Assembly: GCA_001803225.1 (NCBI GenBank)
Contig: MHBF01000093.1
Coordinates: 3,711-67,710, forward strand
DNA: 64,000 nucleotides
DNA from: Lentisphaerae bacterium GWF2_44_16
GTDB taxonomy: Bacteria; Verrucomicrobiota; Lentisphaeria; Victivallales; GWF2-45-14
Direction of reading: 5' to 3'
This document shows, piece by piece, positions 9,683 to 18,271 of the stretch. Made by a program: the position numbers and the translations under genes. How positions within the stretch are numbered: position 1 is the first letter of the stretch; each line of letters starts with the position of its first letter. The notes under the pieces were generated by a model. The model was not told the origin of the DNA. It ran no database searches and worked only from the letters and a program-made list of their open reading frames with translations.

Positions 9683-10485
9683 TTTGCCTCCTCCATGGCT
9701 GTTCTGAGATTACCGTTATTTTTTGAAATAAGTTCATTAGCTTTTTCCGGGCTTACTCCGGTGGTGGCGACAATCATCTGCACAGCGCGATTTTCGAGTT
9801 TTTTACAGCTTATCTGCATGTCCGCCATCATATTGCCGGATACACGGCCCGTCCGTATCATTGTAGCGGTACTCAGCATATTCAAAACCATTTTCTCGCC
9901 AGTACCAGCCTTCATACGTGTAGAGCCTGTCAGCACTTCCGGGCCGGTAATAACTCTGATAGTTACGTCAGCATATTCCGACAATGTCCCTTCAGGGTTG
10001 CACATTATTACTATAGAAGACGCTCCGATTGATTTTGCTTTTTTGAGGGCGCCGAGAACGTAAGGAGTGGAACCGCTGCAACTGAGTCCGACAAGCGCGT
10101 CTTTTGAATTGAAACTATGCCTAGCCAGATCAGTTGCGCCCATCTGTTCTTTATCTTCACAAAATTCACGTGCTTTGAAAACGGAACTTCTGCCTCCGGC
10201 AATAATGCCTTGAAACATTTTATGTGATACTCCAAAGGTAGGCGGACATTCCGCGGCATCCACAATTCCCAGACGTCCACTCGTTCCGGCCCCAATATAA
10301 AATATCCGGCCATTATTCTTGACAATCGTTACGAGCATATCGACAGCTTTTTCTATTTCCGGCAGGGCTTTTTCTACAGCAAAAGCGACTTTTTTATCTT
10401 CATCATTGATTATTTTCAAAATTTCCACTGTCGATTTCAAATCAATGTCGCGGCTGTTTTCATTTATGGATTCAGTAATTTTCAT
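9670..10485 (-). CDS. murQ: N-acetylmuramic acid 6-phosphate etherase
   Basis: YIGAGTSGRLGIVDAAECPPTFG, TGPEVLTGSTRMKAGT..KMVLNMLST signatures. Confidence 0.95.
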   Translation of the reverse strand: MKITESINENSRDIDLKSTVEILKIINDEDKKVAFAVEKALPEIEKAVDMLVTIVKNNGRIFYIGAGTSGRLGIVDAAECPPTFGVSHKMFQGIIAGGRSSVFKAREFCEDKEQMGATDLARHSFNSKDALVGLSCSGSTPYVLGALKKAKSIGASSIVIMCNPEGTLSEYADVTIRVITGPEVLTGSTRMKAGTGEKMVLNMLSTATMIRTGRVSGNMMADMQISCKKLENRAVQMIVATTGVSPEKANELISKNNGNLRTAMEEAKCRN

Positions 10486-11171
10486 ATTGCAGATTCCTTT
10501 ATCTTCTCAAGAAAATATCTTGTTATGAATTCAGGATTGGTGATAATCTTGCCGATGACAACGGCATAAGCTCCATTCTCATAGGCTGCCTTGACATATT
10601 CAGGTGTATTGTAGCGCCCTTCGGCAATTACCGGCGTGTCAGTGGAAGACACAAGCTTTTTCACCACTTCCAAATCCGGGGTCTTTATTTTTGGAGAATA
10701 TGCCGTATAACCTGAAAGTGTAGTAGCGATAATATCGGCACCGGCTTCCACGGCAGCCATTCCTTCCTCATAAGTGCTGATATCGGCCATTACCGGAATT
10801 CCAAGTTTATTCTTTATCTGTTTTATCAGTTCAGCGGCACTGATACCGTCCGGGCGTTTCCTCAATGTGGCATCCAGCGCGATAATGTCCGCGCCGGCTT
10901 CATATATTTCTTTTGCCATCGCAAAATTCGGAGTGATATATGGCATAGTCTCAGATGCGAGCATTTTATTGATTCCTATAACTGGGACCTTCACTTTTTT
11001 CTTTATGGCTTTTACGTCTTCTACACCATTTGCGCGTATAGCGGCGGCTCCGCCCTGTACTGCGGCTTTTGCCATTGCGGACATGAAAACAGCGCCTTTC
11101 AATGGATTGCCGTCGAGTGCTTGGCAGGACACTATCAGTTTACCTTTCAAATCTGAAATTATTTTATTCAT
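10482..11171 (-). CDS. nanE: N-acetylmannosamine-6-phosphate 2-epimerase
   Basis: LIVSCQA, GGAAAIRANG, PVIGINK, YITP, MADIST, TTLSGYT, VIAEGRYNTP. Confidence 0.95.
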   Translation of the reverse strand: MNKIISDLKGKLIVSCQALDGNPLKGAVFMSAMAKAAVQGGAAAIRANGVEDVKAIKKKVKVPVIGINKMLASETMPYITPNFAMAKEIYEAGADIIALDATLRKRPDGISAAELIKQIKNKLGIPVMADISTYEEGMAAVEAGADIIATTLSGYTAYSPKIKTPDLEVVKKLVSSTDTPVIAEGRYNTPEYVKAAYENGAYAVVIGKIITNPEFITRYFLEKIKESAI

Positions 11172-12144
11172 TTATTACCTGTAAAATTGTTTTATCGTCC
11201 GCATTACCGGCCATCTTTAAAACCATTATACACGCGCCTTTTGCCAGATCGAAATCATCTCTGAACACAAATGTGCATTCAGGACGCAATTTTTTTAAAT
11301 GCGCTGAACATAAATTTCTGAATTTTTCACCCAGTTTGAAAATTCCCCCAAGGCACAGTATGCCGATTCTGTCCAGCCCTGTTTTTTCCGGCAGTAACGT
11401 TGAAGAAAGTATCGCTATATCCAAGGACGCACGGTTTATAATTTCTGTCGCGGCTAAATCTCCGAGCTTGAAATGCTCATAAACTTCAGGCGCGTATGAA
11501 GCGATTTTTTTACGGTCAAGCGCGTGAATTCTCTGTTTGATTTTCATTCTTCCCTGAAATGTATTTATATTAGTTTCATACAGGAGAGAACTGAATATTT
11601 TGGTCAATGAAGTTTTCTGTCTGCGTCTGTCAAGTGTTTCCAGAAATACAGATAAAGCGTCTTTTCCTATCCGGTAACCTCCTCCGGCGTCATCAAATTC
11701 AGAACCCCAGCCTCCGGCAAAATAACGTTTGCCGTTGAATTCCCCGACTGCTACTGTTCCGGTACCGGCCATAACGGCGGCCATGCAGTTGAAATATGGA
11801 ACACATGCCATTATCAAATCGCCGTCGGCTTCCCTTCCGACTTTTATCTCCGTTGACGGCAGACAATCTTTCAATGCATTTTCAAGTTCTTCCTGATTAG
11901 GCCCGCCAAGTGAAAAATAACAATGTGATATTTTTCTGTTATCTGCTTCAGTTTTTTCGAGGACTTTCTGAATTCCTTCAAGTAAAGTTGATTTTACAGG
12001 CAGAACTCCGTTTTTTACGGAAGCGATGCCATGAGTTTCGATTCGGGAAATGGACTTACCCGTTCCCTGCATCAGGCATAGAACGGTTTTGCTGCCTCCG
12101 CCTTCTCCGGCCAGAAGATACTTTGTGTCATTTTGTGAAACCAT
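11164..12144 (-). CDS. BadF/BadG/BcrA/BcrD-type amino-sugar kinase (GlcNAc/MurNAc kinase-like)
   Basis: GEGGGSKT, AVMAGTGTVA, AGGWGSEFDDAGGGYRIG; located next to nanE and murQ. Confidence 0.85.
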   Translation of the reverse strand: MVSQNDTKYLLAGEGGGSKTVLCLMQGTGKSISRIETHGIASVKNGVLPVKSTLLEGIQKVLEKTEADNRKISHCYFSLGGPNQEELENALKDCLPSTEIKVGREADGDLIMACVPYFNCMAAVMAGTGTVAVGEFNGKRYFAGGWGSEFDDAGGGYRIGKDALSVFLETLDRRRQKTSLTKIFSSLLYETNINTFQGRMKIKQRIHALDRKKIASYAPEVYEHFKLGDLAATEIINRASLDIAILSSTLLPEKTGLDRIGILCLGGIFKLGEKFRNLCSAHLKKLRPECTFVFRDDFDLAKGACIMVLKMAGNADDKTILQVINE

Positions 12145-12967
12145 AACTTTTCTCCAGAAAATCCCATGCCTGTTTTTTATCCTTCATACTCAGCCATACA
12201 GTCAACAGATCGACTATAACGGATTGAGCCGTTCTTGATGTCATAGCGCCAAGACGGATTGAACGCTCGCCGCTGCATTCTGTCAGAAGCAGACAGTCGG
12301 AAAGTTCGGCAAGAGGGCTTCCTTCAAATCCTGTTATTGCCGTAATGTATATTCTTTTTTTGCGGGCTGCTCCGGCAAATTCGACTATTTCAGGAGTCTC
12401 GCCGGAATGTGAAAATAATATCAGAACGTTATTTTCGTCCAGATAACCCAAAAATGTTTTCCACATCTGCGGGTCAGGAAAACAGATTGTATCTATTCCC
12501 TGTCTCATCAATTTCACATTGAGGTCTTCGGCGGCGAGGCGCGAAGTGCCAGAACCGCATATCATTACTTTCTTTGACGACGAGATTTTCTCCGTCAATG
12601 CGGTAAGTATTTCTTCTTTTGCGTTATTCAAAGTCCTTTTAAGGGTTTCAGTATGGAGTTGCAGTAATCTGTCACATACCAAATTGAAATTGCTGCCAGA
12701 ACCGCTTTTTGGTTCATAGTTTTGCCATGGGGTGACGTTAGTTCTTGCTATCGCCAGTTTCAGATCAGCATAACCGTTGTAACCAAGCTGCTGGGCAAAA
12801 CGTACTACTGTCGCCTGGTCGCAACCGCAATCTTCAGCAAGCCTGTTTGCGTTTTTTTCCAGTACTTTTTCAGGGTTATTCAACAGTATGTCGGCGATTT
12901 TCTTTTTTTTCGCCCCGAGTTTTGAATATATTCGTCCTATGATTTTGCGGTAATCGTCATTAAGCAT
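12128..12967 (-). CDS. RpiR/MurR-family regulator (HTH + SIS)
   Basis: LAEDCGCDQATVVRFAQQLGYNGYADLK, GSGTS, FSHSGET. Start moved to 12967 because AGGAGA SD lies at 12978-12973 and the 12997 ATG is upstream of the predicted transcription start. Confidence 0.92.
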   Translation of the reverse strand: MLNDDYRKIIGRIYSKLGAKKKKIADILLNNPEKVLEKNANRLAEDCGCDQATVVRFAQQLGYNGYADLKLAIARTNVTPWQNYEPKSGSGSNFNLVCDRLLQLHTETLKRTLNNAKEEILTALTEKISSSKKVMICGSGTSRLAAEDLNVKLMRQGIDTICFPDPQMWKTFLGYLDENNVLILFSHSGETPEIVEFAGAARKKRIYITAITGFEGSPLAELSDCLLLTECSGERSIRLGAMTSRTAQSVIVDLLTVWLSMKDKKQAWDFLEKSYGFTK

Positions 12968-12974
12968 TCGTATC

Positions 12975-13029
12975 TCCTGCATTATTATTGCGTACATAGT
13001 ATTATATGCAATAATAATGCAGGACGCAA
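12975..13029 (-). promoter_or_regulatory. Promoter of the rpiR-kinase-nanE-murQ operon with 17-bp inverted-repeat operator pair
   Basis: TTGCGT (13029-13024), N17, TATAAT (13006-13001). Arms TCCTGCATTATTATTGC (12975-12991) and GCAATAATAATGCAGGA (13008-13024) are exact reverse complements. Confidence 0.75.
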
Positions 13030-13066
13030 TAGTGCTTTGAAAGTTTTCGGAAAAAAAGAATATCTA

Positions 13067-13094
13067 TTGACATTTTAAAAGGTACTGATATAAT
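13067..13094 (+). promoter_or_regulatory. sigma70 promoter (extended -10) for LacI-oxidoreductase
   Basis: TTGACA 13067-13072, 16-nt spacer ending in TGn, TATAAT 13089-13094. Confidence 0.65.
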
Positions 13095-13158
13095 AATATG
13101 GTAACGTTGAGATATTTTAAGTTAGCAGAAAAATAAGAATTTCCTATACAATTAAATC

Positions 13159-14172
13159 ATGAGCGGATTAAAAGATATAGCGGCAAAAACCGGGCTTTCG
13201 ATGAATACGGTAAGCCGTGCTTTAAGAGACAGCGGATATGTTTCGGCATCGGCGCGGGAAAAGGTAATTTGCGCGGCAAAAGAGCTTGGCTACGCGCCAA
13301 ACCGTGCGGCAAGAAGTCTGCGTTTCAGAAAAAATTTTGAGATAGGCGTAATAACCTTCATCAGGGGGGAGGATTTTTACTGCGACGCTCTCCACATGGC
13401 CCAGGTGGCGGGTATAAAAAGAAAGCTTATGGCCTCAGGATACGAATTGAACCTGCACTTTGCTTACAGAGAGAATAATACTTTGGAAACGGCAGCGTTC
13501 ATGGATGAAGTACTGGAGCAGAAACCCGCAGGACTTATCATAATGGGCCTTAACACTCAGGCGATTGAGATGGTCAAAATAGGCCGGAAAAAAAATGTTC
13601 CATCCATCCTCATATCCTCCTCTGAATTGAAAGATTTTGACTGTATATACATAGACAGGGCGCAGGGGGTTCGCGACGCGGTTTGTCATATGGCGGAAAA
13701 AGGGCGGCGCAATATAGCTTTTGTAGGTTCTACATCCTGTTCAAACCGTTTGAGAGGCTACCGCGAAGCTATAAAGCAGCACAATCTTAATGAAATTATA
13801 CTTGTATCCAACTATAAGGATAATACTCTCAACGGTCTTTTTGAAACAGGGCTCGATATTGCGGAAAAAATACTCAGGCATCAGCCGCGACCGGATGCGA
13901 TACAGGCGTATTCGGATTATCTTGCCGCCGGAATACTGGCAGGTTTTCACAGAGCAGGAATAAAAGTACCGGATGATATCGCGGTGTCGGGTTTTGACAA
14001 CCGTGAGCTGGCGTCTTTCACTTATCCGCCTCTTACGACGGTTGCCCAACCCAGTTTTAAGGTTGGTGAAATGTGCACGGAGTTTATTATAGGCAAAATA
14101 GAAAGAAAAAAGGAAAAAGAAACTACAGCGATAAGAGTACCCATGAAACTTGAAATCAGGCAATCGGCATAA
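13159..14172 (+). CDS. LacI-family transcriptional regulator
   Basis: LKDIAAKTGLSMNTVSRAL, LGYAPNRAARSL, VPDDIAVSGFDN, PPLTTVAQP. Confidence 0.95.
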   Translation: MSGLKDIAAKTGLSMNTVSRALRDSGYVSASAREKVICAAKELGYAPNRAARSLRFRKNFEIGVITFIRGEDFYCDALHMAQVAGIKRKLMASGYELNLHFAYRENNTLETAAFMDEVLEQKPAGLIIMGLNTQAIEMVKIGRKKNVPSILISSSELKDFDCIYIDRAQGVRDAVCHMAEKGRRNIAFVGSTSCSNRLRGYREAIKQHNLNEIILVSNYKDNTLNGLFETGLDIAEKILRHQPRPDAIQAYSDYLAAGILAGFHRAGIKVPDDIAVSGFDNRELASFTYPPLTTVAQPSFKVGEMCTEFIIGKIERKKEKETTAIRVPMKLEIRQSA

Positions 14173-14259
14173 ATTTAAACGGAGGTGAAACAGAATAGAT
14201 AATTATTTTCAGTTGATAGGAAAAGTTCCAGTCATAATAAAATTCAGAAAGGATAGAAA

Positions 14260-15462
14260 ATGAAAGACAAGATTTGTAAAGTTGGAATTATAGGAACAGG
14301 CGGACGCGGAGGGGGTTTTGCTTATCTCATAGGCGAAAGGGAAGACGTTCAGATTACAGCCTTGTGCGACCCTAATCACGTGAGAATGGAAGCCTTCAAG
14401 AAAAAATTCAAGCTTACGTCCAAGATGTACAAAACCGTTGACGAAATGCTGAAAAAGGAAAAACTTGACGGCGTAATAATCACAAGTCCTGATTACTGTC
14501 ATGAAGCAAATGCCGTGGCAGCTCTGGGAAAAGGCGCCAATGTCCTTATCGATAAACCCCTTGCCACTACCGTCAAAGGCTGCAAAAACATAATCAACAC
14601 CGCCAAAAAAGCCGGAAAAATAGCGATGATGGGCTTCAATCTCCGGCATGATCCCACTTTGAAACGCCTCAAAAAAATAGTCGATGACGGCATACTCGGG
14701 AAAGTTTTCCTCATAGAAAACAGGGAATTTTATGATGGCGGCCGCACCTATATGGCCAGGTGGAACCGCAAATATGCACTCTGCGGAGGTTTATGGATAC
14801 ATAAGGGAAGCCATGACTTTGACGTATTCCAATGGTTGCTCGGATTTCCGAAGCCTGTCAAGGTAAGTTCAGTCGCCGGAATAAATGTTTTCACTCCTGA
14901 AAATATTCCCTTCAAAGTCGAAAAGGGAACAAAAGTCGGGCCGACATGCCATGAATGCGCTTACAATAAGATATGTCCGGATGTTCATATGTATGCCGAA
15001 GAATCGGGCTGGGACGACAAGGCCAGGAAAGTGGACAAATACTCAAAGGATCTCTGTATCTACTGTTCTGACAAGGATGTACATGACAACGGCATAGCCA
15101 TAGTGGAATACGACAGCGGTGCGCGCGCCAGTCACATGGAGTGTTTCGTAACTCCTATTTCAGACCGTTTATATACGCTTGTCGGCGACAGGGGACAGGC
15201 TGAAGTCAGTCTCCATAACAGGAGCATACTTGTCCGTCCGCGCTGGAGCCGGGAAACCATTTCCTATCAGATACCTGAATCTACAGGCGGTCACGGCGGA
15301 GCCGATCCCGGCATTGTCGGTGCTTTTATCAAAATACTTAAAGGTGAAGGAGATGTAACATCGACTCTTGAGCATGGCATGTACAGCACTGCTGTGGGAC
15401 AGGCTGCAGAAATTTCAAGAAGAGAAGAAAGAATGGTTTACATCAGCGAATTGACGAAGTAA
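14260..15462 (+). CDS. Gfo/Idh/MocA-family oxidoreductase
   Basis: VGIIGTGGRG, LIDKPLA, MGFNLR, HKGSHDFD, GGHGGAD; Cys-rich insert. Confidence 0.92.
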   Translation: MKDKICKVGIIGTGGRGGGFAYLIGEREDVQITALCDPNHVRMEAFKKKFKLTSKMYKTVDEMLKKEKLDGVIITSPDYCHEANAVAALGKGANVLIDKPLATTVKGCKNIINTAKKAGKIAMMGFNLRHDPTLKRLKKIVDDGILGKVFLIENREFYDGGRTYMARWNRKYALCGGLWIHKGSHDFDVFQWLLGFPKPVKVSSVAGINVFTPENIPFKVEKGTKVGPTCHECAYNKICPDVHMYAEESGWDDKARKVDKYSKDLCIYCSDKDVHDNGIAIVEYDSGARASHMECFVTPISDRLYTLVGDRGQAEVSLHNRSILVRPRWSRETISYQIPESTGGHGGADPGIVGAFIKILKGEGDVTSTLEHGMYSTAVGQAAEISRREERMVYISELTK

Positions 15463-15494
15463 ATTACCCCGGACTTAAACGGGTTGTATGCAGG

Positions 15495-15524
15495 GCCGCG
15501 ACAAGTCGCGGCTTTGTTTTTTTT
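15495..15524 (+). terminator. Intrinsic terminator
   Basis: GCCGCGA-CAAG-TCGCGGC hairpin followed by TTTGTTTTTTTT, 32 nt after the stop. Confidence 0.8.
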
Positions 15525-15553
15525 AACATGGCCTCTCAAAAAGGAGCTTTTTT

Positions 15554-17494
15554 ATGAACAGTATGTATCTTCACCGTTATTCGCGAATGGTTCACGATTA
15601 CTATGAAAAACGTGTCAGAGACATAATCTCCGAACGCAGGGAACGCATTGATAAGTTGAAAACCAGAAAAGACGCTCTGGCCTATGTTAAAAAAGTAAAG
15701 ACCGCTGTGGAGAAATCTTTCGGGCTTTTCCCTAAAAAAACTCCCCTGAAAGCAGTTGTAACTGGAAAAAACGAATACAACGGCTACAGCATTGAAAAAG
15801 TCATATTTGAAAGCCGTCCGGATTTTTATGTTACAGGTAATCTTTACATGCCGAAAGTCAAAAAGGGCAAAGTTCCGTGTGTGCTGGGCTTGTGCGGACA
15901 TTCTAATGAGGGAAAAGCCTGTGATGCATATCAGTCTTTCTGTCAAGGTCTTGCATTGAGAGGTTTTGCTGTTTTCATTATAGACCCGATAAGCCAGGGT
16001 GAGCGTAAACAGTTTTACCCGGAAGAAGGAGAAGTTCCCGGACTTTGTGCGGGACACAACCTCATGGGCAATCAGATGGCCCTGATTGATGATTTCTTCG
16101 GAAGCTGGCGCGTATGGGATGGCATCAGGGGACTTGATTACCTTCTTTCGCGTCCCGAAGTCGATACTTCCAGAGTCGGAGTAACGGGTAATTCCGGAGG
16201 CGGAACACTTTCAACTTATGTAACCGCGCTGGATCCCCGCGTAACAATGGCCGCGCCCAGCTGTTTCATCTGCTCATACCTTGCCAATCTCGAAAACGAA
16301 CTGCCTTCTGATGCCGAACAGAATCCGCCCGGAATAATAGCCGCCGGTCTTGATCAGGTTGACTTGCTTCTTTGTTACGCTCCTCGTCCGACGCTTATAC
16401 TTGGACAGCATGACGATTTCTTTGACGCTCGTTTTACCAGACAGAGCGGTGCTGATTTGAAAAAAATTCACACTCTTCTGGGCAGCAAAAATACGGCCGA
16501 TGTTTTCATAGGCCCCAGAGGGCACGGTTATTTTCAGGAAAACAGAGAGGCGATGTATGCGTGGTTCATGAAACACGCCGGGATAAAAGCTTCTTCCAAG
16601 GAAACTGATATAGCTGTTATTGAAGAACAAAAACTGCATGTTACTTCTTCCGGAGGGGTGAGAGAAAAGAAAAGTAAAAGAGTTTTTGAAATCACCGCGG
16701 AAAGAGCAGGGTCTCTTTCAGGTAAAAACAAGGCCCTTTCTACGGAGAAACTTAAGAAAACAGCGGAAGCCCTTTTAAGCATTTCCAAGTCAAGCGGTGT
16801 TCCGCATTATAAGGCGCTCCGCTGGGCGGGCGGCACTGATGAAAGCTTGAATAAGAGAGTAACTTTCGCTGTTGAGACTGAGAATGGCATTCAGGTCGCG
16901 GTTTCGACTTACGGGCCGCAATCCCTGAGTATGCACTTCCCAGCGGGAAAAGTGAATCTTTATGTTGGAAATACATCAAGTTACGATGATATCCACAGCA
17001 TAAAGGAAATCAATGAAATGACTAAAAATAAAATCCCTCTTGTTGCCGTTGAGCCGCGCGGTTTGGGACAGTCACTGTCCACGACATGTGGCTCGACTGA
17101 GTTTTTTGAGCCTTACGGAGCTGATTATCTTTATGCCTCGACAGCCGAAATGCTCGGAGAAAGCTATCTCGGAAGAAGAGTTTACGATGTTATGAGGGTA
17201 ATGGACTGTCTGAAGGGCAATGGAGTGGAAGATATTGAACTCATAGGCAGAGGACTGGGTTCGATAATTGTGGTTTTTGCCGCGCTTCTCCACAAGTCCG
17301 GGCCTCAAGTCAAAATCATAAATTATCTCCCGAGTTACCGGCTTATAGCTGAAAGTCCGGTTTACAAATGGCCTTTGTCATCTCTCTTAAGAGGTGTCCT
17401 GAAGCACTTTGATCTTCCTGATGTTTACAAGGCTCTCGGCAGAAAACTTACTAAGGAAAATCCCTGGGGCCCTGACATGCAGCTGTTGAAATAG
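15554..17494 (+). CDS. Acetylxylan-esterase-like alpha/beta hydrolase (two hydrolase-fold domains)
   Basis: IEKVIFESRP, CGHS..GK, WDGIRGLDYLLSRPEVD, GNSGGG nucleophile elbow. Confidence 0.8.
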   Translation: MNSMYLHRYSRMVHDYYEKRVRDIISERRERIDKLKTRKDALAYVKKVKTAVEKSFGLFPKKTPLKAVVTGKNEYNGYSIEKVIFESRPDFYVTGNLYMPKVKKGKVPCVLGLCGHSNEGKACDAYQSFCQGLALRGFAVFIIDPISQGERKQFYPEEGEVPGLCAGHNLMGNQMALIDDFFGSWRVWDGIRGLDYLLSRPEVDTSRVGVTGNSGGGTLSTYVTALDPRVTMAAPSCFICSYLANLENELPSDAEQNPPGIIAAGLDQVDLLLCYAPRPTLILGQHDDFFDARFTRQSGADLKKIHTLLGSKNTADVFIGPRGHGYFQENREAMYAWFMKHAGIKASSKETDIAVIEEQKLHVTSSGGVREKKSKRVFEITAERAGSLSGKNKALSTEKLKKTAEALLSISKSSGVPHYKALRWAGGTDESLNKRVTFAVETENGIQVAVSTYGPQSLSMHFPAGKVNLYVGNTSSYDDIHSIKEINEMTKNKIPLVAVEPRGLGQSLSTTCGSTEFFEPYGADYLYASTAEMLGESYLGRRVYDVMRVMDCLKGNGVEDIELIGRGLGSIIVVFAALLHKSGPQVKIINYLPSYRLIAESPVYKWPLSSLLRGVLKHFDLPDVYKALGRKLTKENPWGPDMQLLK

Positions 17495-17533
17495 TTCAGT
17501 TTTTAAAGGCATTCGATTTTTAAGATAATGAAG

Positions 17534-17577
17534 GGATGCGAAGCATCCACTTGGTGCAGGTCTCTGACCTGCACCAC
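17534..17577. repeat. Two adjacent hairpins between convergent genes (REP-like or bidirectional terminator)
   Basis: GGATGC-GAA-GCATCC (17534-17548) and TGGTGCAGGTC-TCT-GACCTGCACCA (17552-17576). Confidence 0.55.
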
Positions 17578-17634
17578 TATAAATGGACTTTGTTCCCTTG
17601 GCAAATTTAAATAAAATCGTTATAAAATATAACT

Positions 17635-18219
17635 CTAAATCCACTTTTTCAGTTGTATGGGATGGTAATCAAAAAATTTGTCAAGCAATTTTAACGGGGT
17701 ATCGTCCACGAGGAGCATTTCCCTGTGCCTCCTGGTGACAAATTTTTCCGATACCATATGGTCTAGAAAATCAAGGAGCTTGTCATAATAATTGCAGACA
17801 TTCAGGAGCCCGCATGGTTTTTGATGAAGGCCGAGTTGTGTCCATGTGAGTATCTCGAAAAATTCATCCAGCGTGCCTATTCCGCCGGGCAACGCTATGA
17901 AGGCGTCTGATATCTCATACATCAGTGCTTTTCTTGAATGCATGTTGTCAACGACATGGAGTTTCGAAAGTCCTTCATGCGCGACCTCTTTAAGTTTCAA
18001 TGCCTCAGGTATTACGCCGATTACTTCGCCGCCATTTTTCAGCACGGAATCGGCTATCCTGCCCATCACCCCTATTTTAGCGCCGCCATAAACAAGGCCT
18101 ATTTTCCGTTTTGTCAGTTCCAGTCCCAGTTCTTCGGCTTTTTTCGTGTACTGAGCGTTTGCCCCCGGGCTTGACCCGCAGAAAACACAAACTTTTTTAA
18201 TTTCCATAATCAACCTCAT
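17635..18219 (-). CDS. LOG-family nucleotide phosphoribohydrolase (TIGR00730-type)
   Basis: VCVFCGSSPG, LVYGG, MHSRKALM, PGGIGTLDE, HQKPCGLLN. Confidence 0.93.
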   Translation of the reverse strand: MRLIMEIKKVCVFCGSSPGANAQYTKKAEELGLELTKRKIGLVYGGAKIGVMGRIADSVLKNGGEVIGVIPEALKLKEVAHEGLSKLHVVDNMHSRKALMYEISDAFIALPGGIGTLDEFFEILTWTQLGLHQKPCGLLNVCNYYDKLLDFLDHMVSEKFVTRRHREMLLVDDTPLKLLDKFFDYHPIQLKKWI

Positions 18220-18271
18220 CTATCCCGTCAGCGGTTTGATTTAAGATAGGGGTGTAATTATATTTTGCATA

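Noticed and set aside
13098-13113. LacI operator ATGGTAACGTTGAGAT downstream of the LacI promoter
   Set aside because: Only the AACGTT core and terminal bases are symmetric; plausible but too weak to call.
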